A stretch of 64,000 nt of DNA from Negativicutes bacterium (GTDB taxonomy: Bacteria; Bacillota; Negativicutes; UBA1444): the NCBI GenBank assembly GCA_963665275.2, contig CAXXIN010000017.1:96001-160000 (forward strand). The letters are read 5' to 3'. Position 1 is the stretch's first letter. Each line of letters begins with the position of its first letter. The translations under genes and the position numbers were made by a program. This document shows positions 56,896-64,000 of the stretch, piece by piece. The notes below the pieces were generated by a model. That model ran no database searches. It was not told the DNA's origin and was given only the letters and a program-made list of their open reading frames with translations.

Positions 56896-57741
56896 TTATA
56901 CCCCTGAATATGCCATGAAACCGCCATCAACCGGTACTACAATGCCGGTCACAAATCCGGCCGCCTGCTCGTCCAGCAACCACAGTAACGTCCCCAGTAG
57001 ATCTTCCGGTTTGCCGAATCGGCGCATAGGCGTATGAGCAATGATTTTGTCAGCTCTGGCAGTTAGCGAACCATCTGGATTTGTCAGCAAAGCTCGGTTT
57101 TGTTCAGTGAGGAAGAAACCAGGCGCAATAGCATTGACTCTTATCCCCGCTTCTGCCATATGAACTGCCAACCACTGCGTAAAATTGTCGATTGCCGCTT
57201 TGGCTGCGCTATACGCAGGAACTTTGGTCATGGGGCAGGGCGCACTCATCGACGAAATATTGATAATTACCGCACCTGTTCGCCCCAGCATCTGGCGAGC
57301 AAAAATCTGACTCGGAATCAACGAACCAATAAAATTGAGGCGTAAAACATAGTCGAAACCGTCAGTTGTCATGTCGAAGAAGGTTCTGAGTTCGCCTGCC
57401 TTGCATTCCAGATCAGACAACTGAAAGATTTCTTTCGTAGTCGTGCCACTGGGGTCGTTGCCTCCTGCGCCGTTAATCAAAATATCACAGGGTCCCAGTT
57501 CTTGTTCGACGACAGCCGCAGCGCGACTGACGCTGTCGCGGTCAAGCACATCGCAGGCGACAGCAATAGCGCATCCACCATTTTGTACAATATCCGCGGC
57601 CACGATCTTTGCTTTCTCCTCACCCCGGTTCAAAACAGCGACCTTTGCACCCTGACGACCGAGTTCCCGCGCCATTGCCCCGCAGAGTATTCCGCCACCG
57701 CCTGTAACGACGGCAACCTTGTTTTTCAAAGGACTATTCAC
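56896..57741 (-). CDS. uxuB: SDR-family D-mannonate oxidoreductase (fructuronate reductase)
   Basis: [18 protein letters not shown] and [10 protein letters not shown]; GTGA overlap with uxuA. Confidence 0.85.
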   Translation of the reverse strand: MNSPLKNKVAVVTGGGGILCGAMARELGRQGAKVAVLNRGEEKAKIVAADIVQNGGCAIAVACDVLDRDSVSRAAAVVEQELGPCDILINGAGGNDPSGTTTKEIFQLSDLECKAGELRTFFDMTTDGFDYVLRLNFIGSLIPSQIFARQMLGRTGAVIINISSMSAPCPMTKVPAYSAAKAAIDNFTQWLAVHMAEAGIRVNAIAPGFFLTEQNRALLTNPDGSLTARADKIIAHTPMRRFGKPEDLLGTLLWLLDEQAAGFVTGIVVPVDGGFMAYSGV

Positions 57742-58817
57742 TTTTCCCCTCTTCTCCTTTCGATCGCGTCCCAAAGTCCGGTCAGATAAACTGCCCCTAG
57801 TGCACGGTCATACAATCCGTACCCTGGTCTGCCTTTTTCTCCCCATATCATGCGACCATGATCCGGCCGAATCGGCCCTGTAAAATCAATATCATGGAAC
57901 GCTTTCATGACTTCATACATATCAATCGACGCAGAAGCATCCTTATGTGCGGTTTCGTGAAAAACACCCTGTTCGTCAATTTTAATATTACGGACATGCC
58001 CGCAATTGATTCGCCCCATTTTGCCAAAATAACGGATGATTTCCGGCATATCATTTGCCCTATTTGCGCCAAGGGAACCGGTGCAAATCGTCAACCCATT
58101 ATTAGGACTGTCCACCAGACGAACAATGCGTTCCAAGTTTTCCTTGGAGGTTACGATCCGTGGCAGGCCAAACACCGGCCAGGGGGGATCATCCGGGTGA
58201 ATCGCCATCTTGATTTCGCATTCCTCCGCAACAGGAATAATCGCCCGCAAAAAATAACCGAGATTTTCAAACAGATCTTCTGCATCGATATTTCTGTACA
58301 AAGCGAATACTCTCTTAAGTTCGCCCATGCGTTCTTTTTCCCAGCCCGGCAGTTCAAATCCATTAGACCCTTCATACATTGATTCCATTAGTTTTTCCGG
58401 GGTCAATGCACGTATTACATTTTCGTTATACGACATCGTATTGGAGCCGTCCACCAGGTTCTTGGCCAGCTCGGTCCGCAGCCAGTCAAAAACCGGCATA
58501 AAATTGTAGCAAATGACTTTTGCGCCGGCAGTGCCCAAATTTCGGAGTGTTTCGCAGTAGTTTTCGATGTAACGGTCGCGTGTCGGCAGTCCGAGCTTGA
58601 TGTCTTCATGCACATTCACGCTTTCAATGGTATGGAACAGCATCCCCTGTTCCTCGATCATATTTTTCAGCGCCAAAATTTTATCCAGCGGCCATACTGC
58701 TCCAACCGGAACATCAAATAACGCACTCACGATACCTTTCATGCCGGGAATTTGGCGAATATACTCCAGCGAAATGGGATCATCTTTTTCCCCGAACCAA
58801 CGAAACGACATGATCAA
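57738..58817 (-). CDS. uxuA: Mannonate dehydratase
   Basis: M.FRWFG, ESVNVHE.IK, CYNFMP, HPDDPP, RPDHG and PGYGLYDR. Confidence 0.96.
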   Translation of the reverse strand: MIMSFRWFGEKDDPISLEYIRQIPGMKGIVSALFDVPVGAVWPLDKILALKNMIEEQGMLFHTIESVNVHEDIKLGLPTRDRYIENYCETLRNLGTAGAKVICYNFMPVFDWLRTELAKNLVDGSNTMSYNENVIRALTPEKLMESMYEGSNGFELPGWEKERMGELKRVFALYRNIDAEDLFENLGYFLRAIIPVAEECEIKMAIHPDDPPWPVFGLPRIVTSKENLERIVRLVDSPNNGLTICTGSLGANRANDMPEIIRYFGKMGRINCGHVRNIKIDEQGVFHETAHKDASASIDMYEVMKAFHDIDFTGPIRPDHGRMIWGEKGRPGYGLYDRALGAVYLTGLWDAIERRRGEK

Positions 58818-59035
58818 TAGAGTCAACCTCCCAAAACTCAAGCACATGCAAGTTATATTATCGAACAGAAAACCTCGTCTTTTTTTGTATACTACCATAC
58901 TACCATACCGTCGTCAATCAATTTTCTCACACTAATCTGATTTATTTATGAAAATAAAAAAAATATTGACACCGCTATTTGAGTATAGTAGTGTCAATAA
59001 TGAGTTTGTGTTTATCAGGAATTCGGGGAGGATGT

Positions 59036-59743
59036 ATGGACCTTCAGATGTTGAAGCGGTCACCGCACGAATCGACACGCAACTACGTTTATCAGATAAT
59101 GAAACAAAACATCATGACGCTTCAATTACCGCCGGGAACTGCCCTGTCCGAGCAGGAAATCGCCACAGCGCTTTCCGTGAGCCGAACTCCGGTTCGGGAA
59201 GCTTTTATCCGTTTATCCCAGGAAAATCTTCTGGACATTATCGCGCAGCGTGGGACCTATGTATCGTTGATTGACCTGGATAGTGTCCGGGAGTGCAAGT
59301 TTTTACGTGAAACCCTGGAAAAAGCCGTCATACGTCTGGCATGCGCAAATTTTCCCAATGACAAATTATTTGATCTCCAGTCCTATCTCAGTGTTCAGGA
59401 GCTGTGCCTGCAGGAAAACAACTATCTGAAGTTTTATGAACTGGATGAAAAATTGCACCGTACGATCTTTGACGGCTGCCAAAAAGCCCGCATCTGGGAA
59501 CTCATCCAACAACTGGGCAGTCACTACAACCGCGTACGCTTGCTCAATCTGGCCCGGGGGCATGAGCTGGGCCAATTGCTTGAGCATCACAAAAACATTG
59601 TTCTTGCCATTCAAACCCGCGATGCCGCTTTGGGTAGCCGTACCATCAATCAACATTTAAACAAGGTACGCGTTGACATCGTGGATTTGCTGCAGGATTA
59701 TGGCTCCTATTTCAAACAATCCGATTCTGATGGGGTTAATTAA
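59036..59743 (+). CDS. GntR-family (FCD) regulator, divergent from uxuA
   Basis: [26 protein letters not shown]-type direct repeats at ~58888-58908 in the intergenic region. Confidence 0.92.
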   Translation: MDLQMLKRSPHESTRNYVYQIMKQNIMTLQLPPGTALSEQEIATALSVSRTPVREAFIRLSQENLLDIIAQRGTYVSLIDLDSVRECKFLRETLEKAVIRLACANFPNDKLFDLQSYLSVQELCLQENNYLKFYELDEKLHRTIFDGCQKARIWELIQQLGSHYNRVRLLNLARGHELGQLLEHHKNIVLAIQTRDAALGSRTINQHLNKVRVDIVDLLQDYGSYFKQSDSDGVN

Positions 59744-60800
59744 TTTTTAGCGTACAATTAAACTTCGCAAAAGAATTGCGAAAATGCAGCGCCACATTCA
59801 CCAGCGCGATCATCACCGGCACCTCGATCAACGGCCCGATGACTGCGGCAAAAGCCTGCCCCGAATTGATGCCAAAGATTGCAACTGCTACCGCAATCGC
59901 CAATTCAAAATTGTTGCTTGCCGCAGTAAATGACAGGGTCGTCGTCTGTTCATAGTTCACACCCATGCGCCAACTCATGAAAAAAGAAACCGCAAACATG
60001 ATCGTAAAGTAGATGATCAACGGAATCGCAATCCGCACCACGTCCATCGGCAGTTTCACAATATAGCTGCCTTTCAATGAAAACATTACCATGATCGTAA
60101 ACAGCAGCGAAATCAACGCCAGAGGACTGATCTTGGGAATGAACGTATTTTCGTACCATTCGCGCCCTTTGGCCGGCAACAGGAATCTGCGGGTAAGAAA
60201 TCCAGCCAAAAAAGGAATCCCCAGATAGATCGCCACACTCGTGGCCACATCCTTCATTGAGACTTGGATACTCATCCCCTTGAAGCCGATCCAGCCTGGC
60301 AATACGGTAATGAAAAAATAGGCGAAAACCGAGTACAACAACAATTGAAAGATCGAATTCAAAGCCACCAAAGCCGCTGCATATTCATTGTCGCCGTCCG
60401 CAAGTGAATTCCATATGATGACCATCGCGATACAACGAGCCAGTCCGATGAGGATCAAGCCCACCATGTATTCCGGCATGTCAGCGAGAAAAATGATCGC
60501 CAGTGTGAACATCAGCACTGGGCCGATAATCCAGTTCTGCACTAGAGACAGCGTCATGACCTTGCGGTTGCTGAATACTTTTCCCAGTTCTTCATACTTC
60601 ACTTTGGCCAGTGGCGGATACATCATCACGATCAGGCCAATGGCGATCGGAAGCGAAGTAGTACCTACCGAAAACTTGTCCAGCCACGCCGGTATGCCAG
60701 GAAATAAGTACCCCCCACCGACTCCAATGGCCATGGCCACAAAAATCCACAGGGTCAGAAACCGGTCAAGAAATGACAGTCCTTTTTTCGTTTGCGCCAT
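59736..60800 (-). CDS. acr3: Acr3-family arsenite efflux transporter
   Basis: [38 protein letters not shown] and GPLIEVP. Confidence 0.96.
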   Translation of the reverse strand: MAQTKKGLSFLDRFLTLWIFVAMAIGVGGGYLFPGIPAWLDKFSVGTTSLPIAIGLIVMMYPPLAKVKYEELGKVFSNRKVMTLSLVQNWIIGPVLMFTLAIIFLADMPEYMVGLILIGLARCIAMVIIWNSLADGDNEYAAALVALNSIFQLLLYSVFAYFFITVLPGWIGFKGMSIQVSMKDVATSVAIYLGIPFLAGFLTRRFLLPAKGREWYENTFIPKISPLALISLLFTIMVMFSLKGSYIVKLPMDVVRIAIPLIIYFTIMFAVSFFMSWRMGVNYEQTTTLSFTAASNNFELAIAVAVAIFGINSGQAFAAVIGPLIEVPVMIALVNVALHFRNSFAKFNCTLKIN

Positions 60801-60905
60801 AAAAATCACTCCCCTTCCATGCTGAATAGTAGGATTACAGTCGCCGCCCAATTCACGCTACCCTTTCGATCACGCGGCATAATAAGGATCCACTTCAGTA
60901 TTCTT

Positions 60906-60940
60906 ATATTCAATTTTACTCATGTATCAACAATTGTCAA
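60906..60940 (-). promoter_or_regulatory. acr3 promoter with probable ArsR operator
   Basis: Minus-strand TTGACA at 60940-60935 and TAAAAT. Imperfect inverted repeat ATATTCAA-N6-TCATGTAT at 60906-60927. Confidence 0.55.
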
Positions 60941-61038
60941 TCGATAGAATTGTTGTGTTTCTATTAATGTGGTGACAGAATGTGACAAAAAGGGAGAGGG
61001 ACGAAGAAATCGTCGAGTCAACGAGCGCAATATTCGAC

Positions 61039-61079
61039 CAGTATAAAGGGCATTGCCGTCGGCAATGTCCTTTATACTG
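61039..61079. terminator. Terminator hairpin
   Basis: CAGTATAAAGGGCATTGCC-gtc-GGCAATGTCCTTTATACTG. Confidence 0.7.
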
Positions 61080-61084
61080 TAACT

Positions 61085-61614
61085 CTATACCTGCTGGTGC
61101 TTCAGATAGATCGCCTGCTTTTCCGCCTCGGAATGCATCCGATCTGTAACATAGGCAATCGATATGATTCCTATCAAACTGCAAACCCACCGTGTGGTCG
61201 AAAAAGGAACGCCGAGGAACTGGATTTCAAACAGGAACATCGGAATTTTCAGGGTCGCCCAGGCTCCGATAAAAAGAATCACATCGAAGAGGCTGGTCCC
61301 TTTTTTCAACATTACGGCCACTACCGGAAAAGCGGCATATAACGGTCCGGCATTTGCCACACCCAACAGTACCGCCAGCGCCATTCCCTTTACTCCTGAT
61401 CCCGGCCCAGATGGCTGACCACCTTTTCCCGAGGCACCCATGTGTCCAGCAATCCCAGGATGATAAAGACAAGGGGAATGAAGCTGAGCATCTGCAGAAA
61501 ACTGTCCGATGTCTGGATGACAATATTCTTGCCCAGACTCTGGTCCCATATATAAAGCGCGATATCTACCAAAAACAGCAACAGCACCCACTTGTAACGG
61601 CTCCATTTTGCCAC
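61085..61614 (-). pseudogene. Frameshifted permease; paralog of 3232-3762
   Basis: RYKWVLL..GLLDTWVPRE in one frame and SGVKG..GPLYAAFP..KIPMFLFE in another. Confidence 0.88.
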
Positions 61615-61615
61615 T

Positions 61616-61897
61616 TTACCCGGCCACCTTTCCCAGTACAAACGCTACGGCGAAAGAAAATATCAGACTCAAGCCGTTTCGCCACAACATCACTTTTCGG
61701 CTGAGAAGCGGTAACGGTTGCTGGAGAAACCATTGCCATTATCATGCCGACCAACAGCAGAATGGCAGCAAAAGCCGGCAGAATATTATCAAAAGCTTTC
61801 CAGGCTTTTTTCAGAGACTGTTTTGTTTTCTGTTTATCTTTCCTGTATGACCAAATGATTCCACCTGCAGCCAGTCCATAAAAATCACAATGTCCAA
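61616..61897 (-). pseudogene. Internally deleted and frameshifted permease; paralog of 2751-3230
   Basis: KDKQKTKQSLKKAWK..VSPATVT is joined directly to FSRKVMLWRNGLS; about 200 bp missing. Confidence 0.85.
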
Positions 61898-61924
61898 AGA
61901 ACTCACTCCAAATCGCTTGCCGCT

Positions 61925-62896
61925 TTAGCTTCCTGCATGCGTCGCCAACTCAAAAGGGCATTCGCCACCCCGGCAACTCAGGTTCCTGCAGTCTGAGTCT
62001 TCCTCCAACACCTGAATGGTGGAGTGGCGAATCCCATAGTTTTTCTCGAGCATTGCCGAAGCGTTGGCAATCAATTGCCCGATGTTCGTCCCCTTGGCCA
62101 CCACAATATGGCCACTGAATACGTCATAGCCTGAAGTTACCGTCCAAACATGCACATCATGAACATTGCAAACCCCCTCGATCGATTCCAACGCCGAAAC
62201 GATGGCCTCCACGTCAGCTCCCGCCGGGGCGCCCTCCATGAGGATATGCAAGGATTGCGACAACACTCCCCACGCCCCGCGCAGGATCAGCACCGCAACG
62301 AGAACGCTAACGATGGGGTCGGCAATATACCAACCATAGAGGTACATGAGCGCGCCGGCCACGATGGCGCCGACCGAACCGAGCGCATCACCCAGCACAT
62401 GCATGTAGGCGCTGCGCAAATTCAAATTATCTTTCACATCCCCTTGGTGAAGCAGAACCCAGGCGCTGGCGAGATTGGCCAGCAAGCCGACGACCGCGAT
62501 CCCCATCATGGGTCCGCTAGCTACTGTCGGCGGTTCGTATAATCTGTGCCACGCTTCCCAAGCAATAGCAATCGCAATCAGAAATAGGGCAACACCGTTG
62601 GCGAGTGCGGCCAATATTTCAAGCCGGCGGTAGCCATAGCTTTTTCTTGGCGATGCAGCCTTCGCAGCAAATCGGATTGCCACCAAGCTCAGACCCAACG
62701 ACGCAGCATCGCTGAGCATATGACCAGAATCGGATAAAAGTGCGAGACTGTTGGTCAGCCAACCACCCACCACTTCGGCAACCATGATTACCAAGGTGAT
62801 GCCAAATGCCCAGGCGAGGGCTGAACTGTTACCTTCGCGTTTCAAACCATGCGTATGGTCGTGTCCATGTCCGTGGTCGTGATTGTGATCGCTCAT
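61925..62896 (-). CDS. czcD: CzcD-like cation diffusion facilitator (Zn/Co/Cd)
   Basis: His-rich N-terminus, HMLSD, R.EILAAL.N, HVLGD and HDVHVW. Confidence 0.9.
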   Translation of the reverse strand: MSDHNHDHGHGHDHTHGLKREGNSSALAWAFGITLVIMVAEVVGGWLTNSLALLSDSGHMLSDAASLGLSLVAIRFAAKAASPRKSYGYRRLEILAALANGVALFLIAIAIAWEAWHRLYEPPTVASGPMMGIAVVGLLANLASAWVLLHQGDVKDNLNLRSAYMHVLGDALGSVGAIVAGALMYLYGWYIADPIVSVLVAVLILRGAWGVLSQSLHILMEGAPAGADVEAIVSALESIEGVCNVHDVHVWTVTSGYDVFSGHIVVAKGTNIGQLIANASAMLEKNYGIRHSTIQVLEEDSDCRNLSCRGGECPFELATHAGS

Positions 62897-63101
62897 CTTT
62901 CATCCATCCTTTATAACTGCACTTTGCAGGTTGGAACCTGCCTGTGTTATTTCACTATTGATAAAAGCTCCTATTATTAAAACATATAACTAACTATTAA
63001 TAGATTAATCCTCTTTTGAAATTTATGCAACTCTCGCTTGACGAATTGCATAAAAATATTTTAATATATTATTGAAGATATGTGAAAGGAATGTGATTGT
63101 C

Positions 63102-63476
63102 ATGGCTGATTGCTCCAATGGATGTAGTTCCAATGGGAAATCCCGCTTGCTGTATGCTTGTTCGGGTGCGGCAGACGTTGGTCAGATTGCGGACCTCACT
63201 GCACGGAAACTGGCAAAGGAAAAATTCGGTGCAATGAGCTGCTTGTCAGGCATTGGCGCTGGATTATCCGGTTTTCTGGATTCAGCCAAAGAAGCGGAGA
63301 ACATCGTGATTGATGGATGTCCTGTCAGCTGTGGCAAAAAGATGTTCGAACAACACGAACTGCCCTGCACGGAGTTTGTGATTACTCAACAAGGCGTCGT
63401 CAAAGGTTCTGCACCCGCAACGCCAGAAGTGGTCGAACGCATGGCGAAAGCGCTAAAGTCCAGCGTAATCCTATAA
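63102..63476 (+). CDS. DGC-domain putative zinc-binding protein
   Basis: YACSGAADVG...SCL...IDGCPVSC. Confidence 0.9.
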   Translation: MADCSNGCSSNGKSRLLYACSGAADVGQIADLTARKLAKEKFGAMSCLSGIGAGLSGFLDSAKEAENIVIDGCPVSCGKKMFEQHELPCTEFVITQQGVVKGSAPATPEVVERMAKALKSSVIL

Positions 63477-63489
63477 TGAGGTTAATCAC

Positions 63490-63831
63490 ATGACAAACAA
63501 AGCTTTGGCGAAAATCTTCAAGGCGCTGGGCGATGAAACACGTCTGGAAATTGTTCGGATGTTGGCCGGCAAAGAGCGCTGCGTGTGCGCATTTCTCAAC
63601 TCCTTTGCAATGAGCCAACCAGCCATATCCAACCATCTGCGTGTGTTGCGCGAAGCCGATGTCGTTATTGACACGCGTGAAGGACGCTGGATTTTTTACC
63701 GCCTCAATCCCGAAGCTTTTCACGCCGTCGAAGCAATCTGCGAGCTTGTCCTTCCAGCCGGAGAACCCGAGCGCATCAATCCAACAACAGAACCCTGTGC
63801 TTGTCCCAAAGGAACGGAAAAATCCGCATAG
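63490..63831 (+). CDS. arsR: ArsR regulator with the alpha3 CVC As(III) site
   Basis: FKALGDETRL.I, ERCVC, SQPAISNHL and REGRWIFY. Confidence 0.92.
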   Translation: MTNKALAKIFKALGDETRLEIVRMLAGKERCVCAFLNSFAMSQPAISNHLRVLREADVVIDTREGRWIFYRLNPEAFHAVEAICELVLPAGEPERINPTTEPCACPKGTEKSA

Positions 63832-63841
63832 AAAATATATG

Positions 63842-63876
63842 AAAACCCCTCCAACTTATATTGGAAGGGTTTTTTT
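63842..63876 (+). terminator. Rho-independent terminator
   Basis: AAAACCC.TCCAA...TTGGA.GGGTTTTTTT. Confidence 0.75.
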
Positions 63877-63925
63877 CATGATCGCACTATTTCATTGATG
63901 TCCCGAGTCTCCCGGGAGCAAGCAA

Positions 63926-64000
63926 TCAAGATTCCAGTTCATTCTCCAACGCCTTGCTCAACTGATCCACGCAAGAGGTCGGCTTACTTTCACAAGTAAT
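63926..64000 (-). CDS. C-terminal end of a TSCPD-domain (TIGR03905-like) protein
   Basis: Manual translation ITCESKPTSCVDQLSKALENELES* resembles I.C..K.TSCPDQL..AL. Confidence 0.7.
   Translation of the reverse strand: MTCESKPTSCVDQLSKALENELES

Overview
This is a mosaic accessory region of an anaerobic Firmicute. A Negativicutes/Sporomusaceae-like host is inferred from gene content and SD/promoter style. From left to right: (i) a UspA fragment, an ABC-2 exporter, and an ArsR regulator with a split ArsP-type permease; (ii) an OmpR-box-controlled envelope module (beta-lactamase-fold hydrolase, lipoprotein, MacAB-like exporter, Met/Gly-rich DUF2680 protein, two-component system); (iii) an orphan CoxD/CoxE-like pair; (iv) a large 'orange protein (ORP)'-like Fe-S/metal-cofactor gene set (Mrp-NifX fusion, several NifB/NifX proteins, two ferredoxin-inserted MinD-like ATPases, DUF134, DUF5320, IscU-like, rhodanese, radical SAM) wrapped around nrdDG, with five promoters sharing a paired 20-bp palindrome; (v) a scarred zone holding a group IIC intron remnant, a truncated IS256 and duplicated GntR and DUF5320 segments, next to a selenocysteine peroxiredoxin; (vi) transporters (SLAC1/TDT, MFS, P3A ATPase, TauE) and YidC; (vii) the most unusual part, a 7-gene operon: lpdA, HdrA-N-like protein, ferredoxin, DGC::GcvH fusion, two DGC proteins and an ORF-track-invisible UGA-containing selenoprotein, with no GcvP/GcvT, beside ArsP, a thioredoxin-like protein and Acr3; (viii) a hexuronate TRAP/uxuAB block, a CDF transporter and DGC-arsR. 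All calls come from reading motifs by eye; no database searches were run.
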